Position numbers and translations under genes: made by a program. The notes below the pieces were generated by a model. It was not told where the DNA came from. It saw nothing but the letters and a program-made list of their open reading frames with translations, and ran no database searches. From Gracilimonas sp. (GTDB lineage Bacteria; Bacteroidota; Rhodothermia; Balneolales; Balneolaceae): 64,000 nt of DNA. Numbering within the stretch: the first letter of the stretch is position 1; every line of letters starts with the position of its first letter. The DNA lies in NCBI GenBank assembly GCA_965227215.1, contig OZ245729.1, positions 1,328,419 through 1,392,418 of the forward strand. Reading direction: 5' to 3'. Positions 1 through 9,795 of the stretch are shown here, piece after piece.

Positions 1-1086
1 GGCGGAATATAGCAACAAGTCCCGATGCACATTCCAGAGGAAGTCTCCGATCTTTCCCCCAGAGAAGACCAAAAACTTCAGCCGTTCAGCGGTGTTCTTA
101 ATCTTTTTCGCTTCGTCCAAAACCGGTCCTTCCAGCTTCTGCTGCGACTCATACTTAAAAGTCTTTGGATTGAGAACCAGATATTCCCCATCCCTTTTAG
201 TGTAAAATCCTTTCCCTGCTTTGTTTCCGATCATCCCTTCTTCCACCATTTTCTCAAATTCTTCCGGCAGGTTGAAGGTCTCCCGCATTTCATCATCCGG
301 GATGGATGGATACAGATTTTTAGCCACATGATTGGTTACATCCAGTCCTGCCATATCTGCCGTTCGGAAAGTAGCCGCCTTGGAATAACCGGAAATAGTT
401 CCAGTCAGCAGGTCAATTTCCTCGGCCCGGAAATCGCCATCAAAGAAGTAAGGCATAATGTTAGCGATGGAAAATATTCCAATCCGGTTGGCAATGAAAT
501 TCGGTGTGTCTTTACAAATAACCACTCCTTTACCGAGTGTCTTCTCACAAAAGCGATGCATGAACTCGGTTACATCTTCCGCTGTGGTTGAAGTGGGAAT
601 AACCTCCAGCAGCTTCATATATCGGGGCGGATTAAAGAAATGTGTCCCCAGGAAATGAGCTTTAAAATCATCGCTACAGTCTTCAGAAATCTCGCTTATA
701 GGAAGTCCGGACGTATTAGAGCTGACAATGGTTTCCGGTTTACGGATCTTTTCGATGCGAGACATCATTTCTTTTTTGATGTCCATTTTCTCGATGATGA
801 CCTCACAAATCCAATCAGCTTCTTTCAGCTTGTCAAAATCATCTTCAAAATTTCCTACCTCGATTCGTTGCCCAAAATCCGGTTTTCCGAATGGAGACGG
901 CTTCATCTTGGAAGCTTTTTGAAGACTTTCCTGCACGGTTTTATTTGGATGATTCGGATCATCACTTTTCAGGTCCAGTAAAATCACATCCAGTCCGGCA
1001 TTTACACAATGTGCGGCGATCTGGCTTCCCATCACCCCTGATCCTAATACAGCTACTTTCCTGATCGAATATTTCTTTCTACTCAT
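1..1086 (-). CDS. 3-hydroxyacyl-CoA dehydrogenase, N-terminal 362 codons (gene continues beyond window start)
   Basis: Absent from the ORF track because it runs off the edge. My own minus-strand translation from the ATG at 1084-1086 reads MSRKKYSIRKVAVLGSGVMGSQIAAHCVNAGLDVILLD (Rossmann GxGxxG), then FLGTHFFNPPRYMKLLEVIP, TPNFIANRIG and ADMAGLDV. The frame stays open to position 1. The + strand ORFs at 25-981 are antisense shadows. Confidence 0.85.
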   Translation of the reverse strand, partial: MSRKKYSIRKVAVLGSGVMGSQIAAHCVNAGLDVILLDLKSDDPNHPNKTVQESLQKASKMKPSPFGKPDFGQRIEVGNFEDDFDKLKEADWICEVIIEKMDIKKEMMSRIEKIRKPETIVSSNTSGLPISEISEDCSDDFKAHFLGTHFFNPPRYMKLLEVIPTSTTAEDVTEFMHRFCEKTLGKGVVICKDTPNFIANRIGIFSIANIMPYFFDGDFRAEEIDLLTGTISGYSKAATFRTADMAGLDVTNHVAKNLYPSIPDDEMRETFNLPEEFEKMVEEGMIGNKAGKGFYTKRDGEYLVLNPKTFKYESQQKLEGPVLDEAKKIKNTAERLKFLVFSGGKIGDFLWNVHRDLLLYSA

Positions 1087-1097
1087 AAACTTATATC

Positions 1098-2891
1098 CTA
1101 AGATTCTTCCTCTTCTTCTGCGTATATACTCTCGATTTGCTCTTTATATTTTTGGTTGATCACATTCCGTTTAATTTTATGTGTAGGTGTGATTTCACCG
1201 TCATCAATCGTAAACTGATCTTTCAACAGCTTGAATTTCTTCACTTGCTCCCACTTGGAAAGCTCTTTGTTTACTTTGTCAATTTCTTTCTGAATTCGTT
1301 TGATGACATATTCATTCTCAGTAGGATTCTCTTCCGGAAAATCATATCCCTTTGTCTTAAACCTCTTCTTCATGTTTTCCCAGTTTGGCACGATTAACGC
1401 ACCACAGAATTTATGCTCACTTCCTACAACCACAGCCTGTTCAATAAATCCACTGTTTACCAATGCATTTTCAATCGGTTGTGGAGCCACATATTTACCC
1501 GTCGAAAGTTTGAAGAGTGATTTCTTGCGGTCGGTTACAAACAACCAGCCATCCTCATCAATATGTCCGATATCACCGGTGTGAAACCAGCCGTCTTCGT
1601 CGATGGCTTCATCTGTTTTTTCCGGCATTTTGTAATACCCTTTCATAATATTCGGCCCCTTAGCCAGAATCTCCCCATCTTCAGCAATTTTGATTTCTAC
1701 GTCTACCAGAGGCTTACCTGAGGAACCAATTCTGAGTTCCCCCACGGGTGGACCTGTAAGTACCGGGGACGTTTCTGTTAATCCATAACCGAGCCCACAG
1801 TAAATCCCAATTCCATTCATAAAGCGGGCAATATTGGGTGATAGGGCTGCACCTCCCACATTCAGTCCTACCAGATTCCCTCCAAACATTTCGCGGATTT
1901 TAGCATATACCAGTTTGTCCGCAATCTTCCACTTCCAGGAAGCCGGCGGATCTTCCGGGTCATACTCTTCCGCTAAATTAACAGCCCAGTAATACAGATG
2001 TTTCTTCAACCCGCTGAACTCCTGCCCTTTAACCTTTATACCGGTTACAATTTTCTCCAACAGCCGTGGTACAGTAACCATGTAGATTGGCTTTATGGTT
2101 TGGAGATCATCCCTAATGTCTTCTACCTGATCGATATAATAAGGTGGCACACCTACGTAAGCATAAATATAGGATGCTGTCCGCTCAAACATGTGTGCCA
2201 GCGGAAGATATGAGAGCACTTTGGGGTCTTCATGTTCTGCAGGGTCGAATGGAAAGATCTCGTGTGAAGCCAGGGCATTTCCGGCAATATTATTGTGAGT
2301 CAGCATAACCCCTTTGGGCACTCCAGTGGTTCCTGATGTATAAATCAGCGTGGCCAGGTCGTCGGGTTGCACATTGCTGCGAAGCTTTTCAAACAAATTC
2401 GGATCTTCTTCCGCTTTTTTGTGCCCCATTTCCAGAATATCATCAAACGTTTTGAGTTTTTTATGGCTAGACCCAAGGATGGAAATAATCGCCTTTACAT
2501 TTTCGACGCCTTTAATCAGCGGTTTGGTTTCTGCAAACACTTCATCATCTGATACAAAATGAACTTTGGCTTCTGAGTTTTCCAGGATGTACTTGATCTG
2601 CTCTCCGGGCTGTGTAGTATAGATTGGCACAACCGCCGCCCCCAGTGAAAGAATAGCCTGATCTATAACCAGCCACTCGGTACTGTTCTCCGCATGCAGC
2701 GAAACCTTATCCCCTTTACGAACACCCAGCTCATACAAACCCATGGCCAGGTCGTGCACCATCTGGTTAAAGTCATCGATGGAGGTTTCAATCCATTCCC
2801 CATCCCGCTTTACAGCTGAATATATCCCTGTTTTATTTTTCTCAATTCCCTCAGAAACTACAGATAAGATGGTGGTAGGTTCGTATTTCAT
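1098..2891 (-). CDS. long-chain fatty-acid--CoA ligase (AMP-forming)
   Basis: 597-aa ORF with AMP-binding motifs YTSGTTGVPKGV and GYGLTETS, plus a C-terminal TPTHKIKR. Confidence 0.9.
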   Translation of the reverse strand: MKYEPTTILSVVSEGIEKNKTGIYSAVKRDGEWIETSIDDFNQMVHDLAMGLYELGVRKGDKVSLHAENSTEWLVIDQAILSLGAAVVPIYTTQPGEQIKYILENSEAKVHFVSDDEVFAETKPLIKGVENVKAIISILGSSHKKLKTFDDILEMGHKKAEEDPNLFEKLRSNVQPDDLATLIYTSGTTGVPKGVMLTHNNIAGNALASHEIFPFDPAEHEDPKVLSYLPLAHMFERTASYIYAYVGVPPYYIDQVEDIRDDLQTIKPIYMVTVPRLLEKIVTGIKVKGQEFSGLKKHLYYWAVNLAEEYDPEDPPASWKWKIADKLVYAKIREMFGGNLVGLNVGGAALSPNIARFMNGIGIYCGLGYGLTETSPVLTGPPVGELRIGSSGKPLVDVEIKIAEDGEILAKGPNIMKGYYKMPEKTDEAIDEDGWFHTGDIGHIDEDGWLFVTDRKKSLFKLSTGKYVAPQPIENALVNSGFIEQAVVVGSEHKFCGALIVPNWENMKKRFKTKGYDFPEENPTENEYVIKRIQKEIDKVNKELSKWEQVKKFKLLKDQFTIDDGEITPTHKIKRNVINQKYKEQIESIYAEEEEES

Positions 2892-3006
2892 ATTATTTTC
2901 CTATCATGTTTGCGTGTATTTTCTAATATACACTTTCACTATTCATTTGAAAGCGATTCCACTCTTTATTTTAATAACTTAACACTGTTAATCAAATTCA
3001 AATTTT

Positions 3007-3435
3007 ATGTTCATCGAAGAAGGCTTAAAAGAGAAAGCAGAGATCTACTTCAACTTTTCACACAAGCATATGGGAGATGCCTTGGGGATGGAATTCGAGC
3101 ATATCTCCAAAGAAAAGATAGTAGCCACTATGCCGGTGAACGAGAATTCCGTTCAGCCGTTTGGGCTGTTGCACGGCGGAGCCTCGGTAGCTCTGGCAGA
3201 AACTTTGTGTTCCCTCGGCGGCTGGTTTCAGCTTGATGACGTAAATAAAAGCGTGGTGGGAGTTGAAATTAACGCCAACCATATCCGCTCGGTGAAAATG
3301 GGAGGCAAAGTCACCGGAACCGCAAAGCCCGTAAAAACAGGACGAAAAATACAGGTCTGGGAATGTGAGCTTCGGGATGAACGGAATAAGCTGGTGTGTT
3401 CTTCGCGGTGTACTCTTGCGGTAATCAATAGGTAA
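3007..3435 (+). CDS. PaaI-family hotdog-fold acyl-CoA thioesterase
   Basis: 142 aa. The LHGGASVALAETL motif and the size are typical of PaaI/DHNA-CoA-type thioesterases. Confidence 0.8.
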   Translation: MFIEEGLKEKAEIYFNFSHKHMGDALGMEFEHISKEKIVATMPVNENSVQPFGLLHGGASVALAETLCSLGGWFQLDDVNKSVVGVEINANHIRSVKMGGKVTGTAKPVKTGRKIQVWECELRDERNKLVCSSRCTLAVINR

Positions 3436-3497
3436 TTTTAAATAATAAATATTGAATGTTAGATGGGCTACTCATTTAACATTCAACATTTAAAATT
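3434..3497. terminator. Long imperfect AT-rich hairpin (family A) between convergent genes
   Basis: The outer arms aattttaaat / atttaaaatt and inner arms attgaatgtta / taacattcaa(c) pair. The arms overlap the TAA stops of both flanking genes (3433-3435 on + and 3496-3498 on -). Confidence 0.6.
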
Positions 3498-5145
3498 ATC
3501 TACCCCTAAACTGCACCTCTTTCCACTCTTCAAACAGATGCGCCACTTTGAGTCGTTGATATTTTCCGGTAGAGGTCACCGGCAGTTCTTCGCCAAACAC
3601 GACTACCTTGGGGGCTTTAGAGAATGGAAGGTGCTGCTGGCAGTAATCTAAAATGGCTTGCTCATCTTTTTCGGCTCCATCTTTGAGTTGCACATACGCT
3701 CCGACTTCTTCTCCATACCAATCATTCTCAAAGCCTACCGCAATGCCGGCTTTTACGCCCGGAGCCTTGTTAATCACTTCATCAATCTCCAGCGGAGCCA
3801 GATTAATGCCCCCTCGAATAATCAACTCTTTAAGCCGACCGGTAATAAAAAAATACGGATTACCTTCTTCATCCTTTTTGATAAAGCCTTCATCGCCGCT
3901 GCGAAACCATCCGTTTTTGAAGGCTGATTCGTTTGCTTCCCGGTTGTTAAAATATCCCTTCATCACGTTTACCCCACGGATAACAATTTCACCGCGCTCA
4001 CCCTCCGGCATCGAGTTTCCGGCTTCATCCTGAATATCCATATCGTTGGCCGGAACGGGAATTCCGATACTTGGGTAGCCAAAATCACGCATCCATTTGT
4101 TATGCTCTTCTTGGGGTTGTTCGGCAGGAATAAAGCAGGAATAGCAGGTGGTTTCGGAAAGACCGTACCCATGTATGATCGGAATCCCGAATTTCTCCTC
4201 GAAGTTCTGAGCTACTTTCACCGTTAGCGGGCCTGCCCCGCAGATGATATGTCGAAACTGTTCAAACTCCGGTGCGTCCTTTCCTTCAAAATAATTAGTG
4301 AGGTACTGTAGTAAGGTCGGTACTACACTTACGATATGAACCTGTTCTTCCTTAATTGCTTTGAAAAAATGCCCCGCACTGAACTTCTGATTAAGCACGG
4401 TAGAACCACTCACAAAGAACGGGGTTATCATCGTTACAACAGTTCCATTTACGTGATGAATGGGCAATACACACATCATTTTTGTTTGACCATCAATGTT
4501 GTGCCATTGACTAATGGTTCGCGCATCTTCCAACAGGTTACGCTGAGTTAAAACAACACCCTTGGGATTTCCAGTGGTTCCTGAGGTAAATACGATGAGT
4601 GCTTCTGATTCGATGTTAATCTTCGCTTCCCTAAGGTCGCCATGCTGAATTGAGAAAGAATTAACGGAATCATCACAAACAACCATGTCTATGTCAGCAA
4701 GTCTGTCCGCTTCATTAATAACACGTTGAATACGGTCTGCATATTCATCCCTGACCAGCGCCAGCTTCACTTCGGCATTTTCCAGGATGTAGGCGATTCT
4801 GTTATCATCCTCACCTAGGTTTACCGGTACCACCACCAACCCACAGAACCAGGCCGCAAAATACTGAACAACCGTATGCCAATGGTTATGGGAAATGGTG
4901 GCGATTTTATCTCCGGGTTGCAGTCCTTTGGATTGATAGAACCGAGCTGTGTTTACTACATACTCATAGAATTTTCGATAAGATATTTCTGATCTATTCT
5001 GCTCTACGTCCCTGTAAGTAAGATAGGTTTTATCACTTCCTATTCCCCTTTTTAGCAGGCTAAAAAAATCATCCTGTAAACCCTCCGGTGGATTTTCGAG
5101 AGTTCGGGCATGGACAATCTTATCTTCTAAAGTATTGAATTCCAT
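3496..5145 (-). CDS. AMP-dependent acyl-CoA synthetase/ligase
   Basis: 549 aa with FTSGTTGNPKGV, GYGLSETT and a C-terminal TSTGKYQR. Confidence 0.85.
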   Translation of the reverse strand: MEFNTLEDKIVHARTLENPPEGLQDDFFSLLKRGIGSDKTYLTYRDVEQNRSEISYRKFYEYVVNTARFYQSKGLQPGDKIATISHNHWHTVVQYFAAWFCGLVVVPVNLGEDDNRIAYILENAEVKLALVRDEYADRIQRVINEADRLADIDMVVCDDSVNSFSIQHGDLREAKINIESEALIVFTSGTTGNPKGVVLTQRNLLEDARTISQWHNIDGQTKMMCVLPIHHVNGTVVTMITPFFVSGSTVLNQKFSAGHFFKAIKEEQVHIVSVVPTLLQYLTNYFEGKDAPEFEQFRHIICGAGPLTVKVAQNFEEKFGIPIIHGYGLSETTCYSCFIPAEQPQEEHNKWMRDFGYPSIGIPVPANDMDIQDEAGNSMPEGERGEIVIRGVNVMKGYFNNREANESAFKNGWFRSGDEGFIKKDEEGNPYFFITGRLKELIIRGGINLAPLEIDEVINKAPGVKAGIAVGFENDWYGEEVGAYVQLKDGAEKDEQAILDYCQQHLPFSKAPKVVVFGEELPVTSTGKYQRLKVAHLFEEWKEVQFRGR

Positions 5146-5204
5146 TATGCTTCAGCTTTTTTCAGATGGTAGCGGATGAGGTGCAAAAAGGCAAACTGGA
5201 ATAA

Positions 5205-5283
5205 GACTCAGAATACAGGATTCAGAATATAGAAGTCAGGGCAATCCTTTCCGGAATTCTGAGTCCTGTATTCTGCATTCTGA
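5205..5283. repeat. Intergenic word-like inverted repeat (family D: cagaatacagga / tcctgtattctg)
   Basis: gactcagaatacaggattcagaat ... gaattctgagtcctgtattctgcattctga. The 20-mer attctgagtcctgtattctg (5256-5275) recurs exactly at 41402-41421. Confidence 0.6.
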
Positions 5284-5284
5284 C

Positions 5285-6631
5285 CTACTGCTTTGCCGGA
5301 ACCCTTGGAATCATCATAATTTCCCGTTGACGCCCATCGATATACCACACGCCGGATTCATCAAAGAAGGCATCTTCTTCCAGCATAATGCGGATTTCTT
5401 TGCCCCATTCTTCGATATACGTTGCTGCATTCAATTCAATGGAATAAGCGGTATTCAGGTGTAGAGGATAGTCGCCGTCACCGGGCACACCACCCTGGGC
5501 ATCCCACATTCCGAGCGTGGTTCCCGCTGCGTGGCCATGATAGCCAATGGGATGCGTGTAGATACTCGGCTTGAGTCCTTCTTCGATTGCTTGCTCCCGC
5601 GACATTTTCAAAACTTCGTTACCTGTTCTACCTTTCTTAAAATTATTGGTGAAAATATCTTGCAGGCGGTTTCCATTCTCAAAAGCTTTCACCAGGTAAT
5701 CAGGCACTTTGGTCTCACCGGGACGAAGAACGTATGCATGCTGTTGGGTATCCGTGTTGAGCCTCAGATACTTGATTCCAAAATCCACATGTAGCAAGTC
5801 TCCCGGCATGATTACGTTTTCTCTGGGACGACTGTCAAAGGTTCTGAGATGATCAAACGACTTCGGATCAGCCCGCTGAATAGATACACTGGGGTGAAAC
5901 CAGGTGATCAGCTTCAAATCCCTGATTTTTTCTCTGTACCACCAAACCACATCCTCAGTTGTTGTGATGCCCGGCTGAATAACGGCGTCAGAGAAGCCTT
6001 CAGCTATAATTTCATGAGCTATTCTCACAATCTGCGGATACACCTGCATTTCTTTTTTGGTTCGGGTTTCCAGCCACCTGACCGCCAGCTTCTCTGCCGA
6101 CACCAATCGATCGCTGTATTTCTTACCAATTGCCTCTTTCATTTCCTGGTAATCGGTAACCACCATCCCGTCAGCATGCCCCCAGATTTCCGATATATTG
6201 ATTCCTATTCGTTCAGGGTCACGTTCTTCAATAATCTCTTTCAGTCGTTTCCATTGGTTGGGCTCCCTCTCTTTATCCCAAGCCTTCTTAAAAACCTCAC
6301 CCACGTCATACCGGGCCACAGCCAGTGTTTCTACACCTTTTCCGGGACCTAAATCATGCATCACTAAAATGGTGCGGCGCCGGGCAGCCAGCCAGGTTGC
6401 CGGGAGCATGGTTTCAATCACCGGGTCTTCATTATACTCCCTCGAAACCACAATCCACATATCGATATCGGTCTGCCTCATCATTTCCGGGAGATAATTC
6501 TCGACTTTATCCTTTAGCATGTCATTGATGACAGCGGCCCGTTCTTTCATTGGCAGAACATGCGGATAGTTTTGGGCTGAGAGCGGAAGGGAAAAAATAA
6601 TCAGCAGGGTGAAGGTCAGAAGTCTTTTCAT
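5285..6631 (-). CDS. secreted M24-family (Xaa-Pro aminopeptidase-like) metallopeptidase
   Basis: 448 aa. N-terminal signal peptide MKRLLTFTLLIIFSLPLSA. The C-terminal half resembles the pita-bread fold (HVDFG, HPIGYHGHAAG, LEED). Confidence 0.7.
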   Translation of the reverse strand: MKRLLTFTLLIIFSLPLSAQNYPHVLPMKERAAVINDMLKDKVENYLPEMMRQTDIDMWIVVSREYNEDPVIETMLPATWLAARRRTILVMHDLGPGKGVETLAVARYDVGEVFKKAWDKEREPNQWKRLKEIIEERDPERIGINISEIWGHADGMVVTDYQEMKEAIGKKYSDRLVSAEKLAVRWLETRTKKEMQVYPQIVRIAHEIIAEGFSDAVIQPGITTTEDVVWWYREKIRDLKLITWFHPSVSIQRADPKSFDHLRTFDSRPRENVIMPGDLLHVDFGIKYLRLNTDTQQHAYVLRPGETKVPDYLVKAFENGNRLQDIFTNNFKKGRTGNEVLKMSREQAIEEGLKPSIYTHPIGYHGHAAGTTLGMWDAQGGVPGDGDYPLHLNTAYSIELNAATYIEEWGKEIRIMLEEDAFFDESGVWYIDGRQREIMMIPRVPAKQ

Positions 6632-6856
6632 GGCTTGAATGATTTTTAAATTTGCTGAATATGGCGATGGATGGGCAGAGGTGCAACTTTGATGATCGGG
6701 GTTTGTTATTCGTGGTTCATTTTTTCTTTATCATCCCTGCGTAGGCAAGGAGCTGATTTTCTTTTAAAAGGAAATTGAACCTAAAAGCCATTTAGATTTC
6801 GGGTATACACCGCGAAATGACCTAGACCTATTAGTTAAACTTCAACCATAGATAAA

Positions 6857-6895
6857 ACAAAAAAACCCCGGATCAGCTTTCGCCAAACCGGGGTT
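6857..6895 (-). terminator. Rho-independent terminator of the 6920-8905 gene
   Basis: On the minus strand the stem ccccgg(ttt...)ccgggg (6866-6871 / 6888-6893) is followed by a run of T residues (the A-run at 6858-6865 on +). Confidence 0.75.
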
Positions 6896-6919
6896 TTGAA
6901 ATTGTGTTCCTTAATTTGC

Positions 6920-8905
6920 TTACATCGACGCTAAACCGCGAAGGGTTTCAGCCAGTTTTCCTGCTTTTGATGAAGCTGAACTGTCAATGCTGTCAGCCAA
7001 CTCAGCCAGGATAGCTGATTTATCTGAGCCGGAAGACTTCTCAGCTTTCGCTATACCTGATCGCAGCGCTGTTATTTCAGACGCACTCATTTCTCCATCA
7101 CGGTCAAGCTGATCTACATACGCTTTGGCTAACGCATAGGTAGTTGGCCACTCAAACATAGGCTGTCCCTGAGCATTCAGGTAATCGAGGGTTACGGTAT
7201 TAGCTGCATCAATTTCATTTTGAGTAAGCAACGGATTGGCTTCCAGTTCAAAAATATCCAGTCCACGAGCAATTTCAGAGTTAATGATCATGCCGTTGTA
7301 CCAATAAACGGACCAGCTTCCGCCGTTCGCCATTCGGGTAGAATCAACCGGGCCTCGGTCATGGAATGCAATCTCAACCGGATTGGCCGGGTCGGTCCAG
7401 TCAAATACAGAAATACCACCCTGATACCAGGATTGAACCATAATTTCACGTCCCGGCACCGGAATCAATGAGCCATTATGTGCTACACAGTTTTCTTCTG
7501 AGGTTTGTGGAGCCGGTAATTTATAGTAGCTCTGAAACTCCATCTTATTATTCTCATTGATGGTAAACAGAGCATTTGCTCCCCACTCATAAGGATCGGT
7601 TTCACGGCATTTTGGCTGGCCGCCACCACCCCACTCATCTGTGAATAATACTTTGCTTCCGTCGTTGCTGAAGGTAGCCGAGTGCCAGTAAGAGAAGTTA
7701 GAATCGGCAACTGCATCTACTCGCTTCGGGTTTACAGGATCAGAAATATCCAACAGAAGTCCATAGCCTTCACAAGCACCGCCGGCTAATCCAATCTCCG
7801 GGTATAGCGTGATATCGTGGCACTGGTTCGGACCGCGGTCGTCTTCCTCATCTCCGCCAACACCAAATTGCTGGTCAACCATCGCCTGTATATTCTCGCG
7901 AACATAGGCACTATCGGCGGCTGTAGGCTCCGCCCCTTCACCAGCTCTTTGCTGAGCAACATTTGTTAAAATCATTCTTACATACTGTCCTGGGATCACT
8001 CGTTCCTGTCCGAAAATTTCTGCTGTAAATGCACCTTCCGCTTTCGCTTTTTCGAGTGCTGCCTTGTCGGCCGGTGCCATCCCGTGTGTTGGAGCAGCAG
8101 TCAGGTTTTCGAAAATTCGGGGAGAGTTTACGATCGCTGCTTCTTCCGGATTATCAAGAGGAACTTTAATTACCTCAATCCTGAATAACGCGGAATTTGG
8201 GTCTTCATCAGGCATGGCTGCCGAACACCCCGGCAGTTCTTCATTCGGGCGAACCGGAGCCGAACCCGATACATAAATATATACGTTCTCATCATCTTCA
8301 GGATCTTTCAATACGGAATGAGTGTGAGAACCCCGGCATGTCTGAACATTGGACACATACTTTGGTTCCTTAACGTCCGTAATATCAAAAATCCGGATTC
8401 CACGAAGTCGTTCTTCACTTACCGTTTCCTGTACACCTTCGGTTCCGCAATCGAGTCGGCCACCCAATCCTTCACCCGATACAAACAGAAGATTTCCATA
8501 CACGGAAACATCACTTTGTGAAGCCGGGCAAAGGTAATCTACTACCAGTTCCGGAGATCGTGGGTTAGATACATCCCATACAATCACGCCATTATAATTT
8601 CCCTGAAAAGCATAATTGCCTTTAAAAGCAAGGTCAGAGTTGGTCACGCCCACAAAATCTTCGGGTGGAGGTGTTTGAGATAACATATTCAGATTCCAGC
8701 TTGCTTCTTCGGCATCAAACAAACCGGCTTTCAGGCCTACCCGTGGATCGGGGCTCGGCGGGTTTGCTTCCGTCACCGGCTTGGGTTCAATAGAGGGAGT
8801 CATAGCTGCTGAGCTTGAGTCGTCCATCATCGAAGAAGACGAACACCCATAGGCGCCAATCAGCACCGACACCAAAAGAGTCAAAAATAGGTTCGATTTT
8901 TTCAT
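6920..8905 (-). CDS. secreted/lipoprotein beta-propeller protein (LVIVD-repeat-like)
   Basis: 661 aa. Signal peptide ends in a Cys (LIGAYGCSS). Repeated segments such as VIVWDVSNPRSPELV, IRIFDITDVKEPKYV, LLLDISDPVNPKRV, ISVFDWTDPANPVEI and LDIFEL are typical of LVIVD-type propeller blades. Confidence 0.6.
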   Translation of the reverse strand: MKKSNLFLTLLVSVLIGAYGCSSSSMMDDSSSAAMTPSIEPKPVTEANPPSPDPRVGLKAGLFDAEEASWNLNMLSQTPPPEDFVGVTNSDLAFKGNYAFQGNYNGVIVWDVSNPRSPELVVDYLCPASQSDVSVYGNLLFVSGEGLGGRLDCGTEGVQETVSEERLRGIRIFDITDVKEPKYVSNVQTCRGSHTHSVLKDPEDDENVYIYVSGSAPVRPNEELPGCSAAMPDEDPNSALFRIEVIKVPLDNPEEAAIVNSPRIFENLTAAPTHGMAPADKAALEKAKAEGAFTAEIFGQERVIPGQYVRMILTNVAQQRAGEGAEPTAADSAYVRENIQAMVDQQFGVGGDEEDDRGPNQCHDITLYPEIGLAGGACEGYGLLLDISDPVNPKRVDAVADSNFSYWHSATFSNDGSKVLFTDEWGGGGQPKCRETDPYEWGANALFTINENNKMEFQSYYKLPAPQTSEENCVAHNGSLIPVPGREIMVQSWYQGGISVFDWTDPANPVEIAFHDRGPVDSTRMANGGSWSVYWYNGMIINSEIARGLDIFELEANPLLTQNEIDAANTVTLDYLNAQGQPMFEWPTTYALAKAYVDQLDRDGEMSASEITALRSGIAKAEKSSGSDKSAILAELADSIDSSASSKAGKLAETLRGLASM

Positions 8906-8941
8906 AGTTACTTTACTGTGTTTTTGTTGACGTGATTTTCT

Positions 8942-9703
8942 TTACTGATCATTGGATACGGTCATCCGGTCCAGCATCCGCTGCATTCGGTCAATCTCTG
9001 TGCGCTGGTCGACCTGAATTTCCGAAGCCAGTTTAAATGCTCCATCATCCAGAGCAGCTCCATCAGTATTAAATAATTTGGTCACCATAGTTACGGCTCC
9101 TTTATGATGATCGATCATATATTTCAGATACAATTGGTCGAATTCATCGCCTTTTGCTTCGCTGAGTTCTTTTAGCTGAGCCGGAGACAACATCCCTGCC
9201 ATATTGGTGTGATCCATTTTCATGTGGTCATCTCCCAGCCCGTGAATCATCAGCTTCAATCCTTCGATGTGTACCTCGGGAACCGGCTGGTCTCTATCGC
9301 GAAGCCAGGTTTGCATAGACCGGATTTCATCTTTTTGAGCATTGATGATGCGGGCAGCCAGCGTTTGAATTTGAGGACTTGCGTTATTTTCAGGTGCCAA
9401 TCGCGACATGATTAAAGCCTGAGCGTGATGGGCGATCATTCCGGTCATGAACTTTACATCGGCCTCGGTGAAATTCATTTTGGCACTGTCGCGGCGAGCC
9501 CAGTATAGTGCTTCCATTTCCGCTTTGTTCATTCCGGAGTTGTTATCCACACGTTGCTCAGTAGCTGAATCCTGGTCTGAATCAGAATTATTACTTACCG
9601 ATTCTGAACTTTTACACGCTGATAACCCAACTACCAGAACTACAATCAATAATGACTTAACCAATCTTACTAAAAAACTGCTCTTCATATACTCAATATC
9701 CAT
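8942..9703 (-). CDS. DUF305-family lipoprotein
   Basis: 253 aa with lipobox LSAC. It has duplicated four-helix motifs MIAHHAQALIMS and MIDHHKGAVTM, characteristic of DUF305. Confidence 0.75.
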   Translation of the reverse strand: MDIEYMKSSFLVRLVKSLLIVVLVVGLSACKSSESVSNNSDSDQDSATEQRVDNNSGMNKAEMEALYWARRDSAKMNFTEADVKFMTGMIAHHAQALIMSRLAPENNASPQIQTLAARIINAQKDEIRSMQTWLRDRDQPVPEVHIEGLKLMIHGLGDDHMKMDHTNMAGMLSPAQLKELSEAKGDEFDQLYLKYMIDHHKGAVTMVTKLFNTDGAALDDGAFKLASEIQVDQRTEIDRMQRMLDRMTVSNDQ

Positions 9704-9795
9704 AACATATTACTTGTAGAATCTCTCTCCTTATGAAAAGGAAGGGGTATTATAAGAGCATTCGCCTTCAAATACCATTTTATGATGTAATCGCT

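Noticed and set aside
25-981. Three + strand ORFs (188, 66 and 113 aa) at the window start
   Set aside because: Their products are low-complexity with no motifs. They are antisense shadows of the well-supported minus-strand 3-hydroxyacyl-CoA dehydrogenase gene (1-1086).
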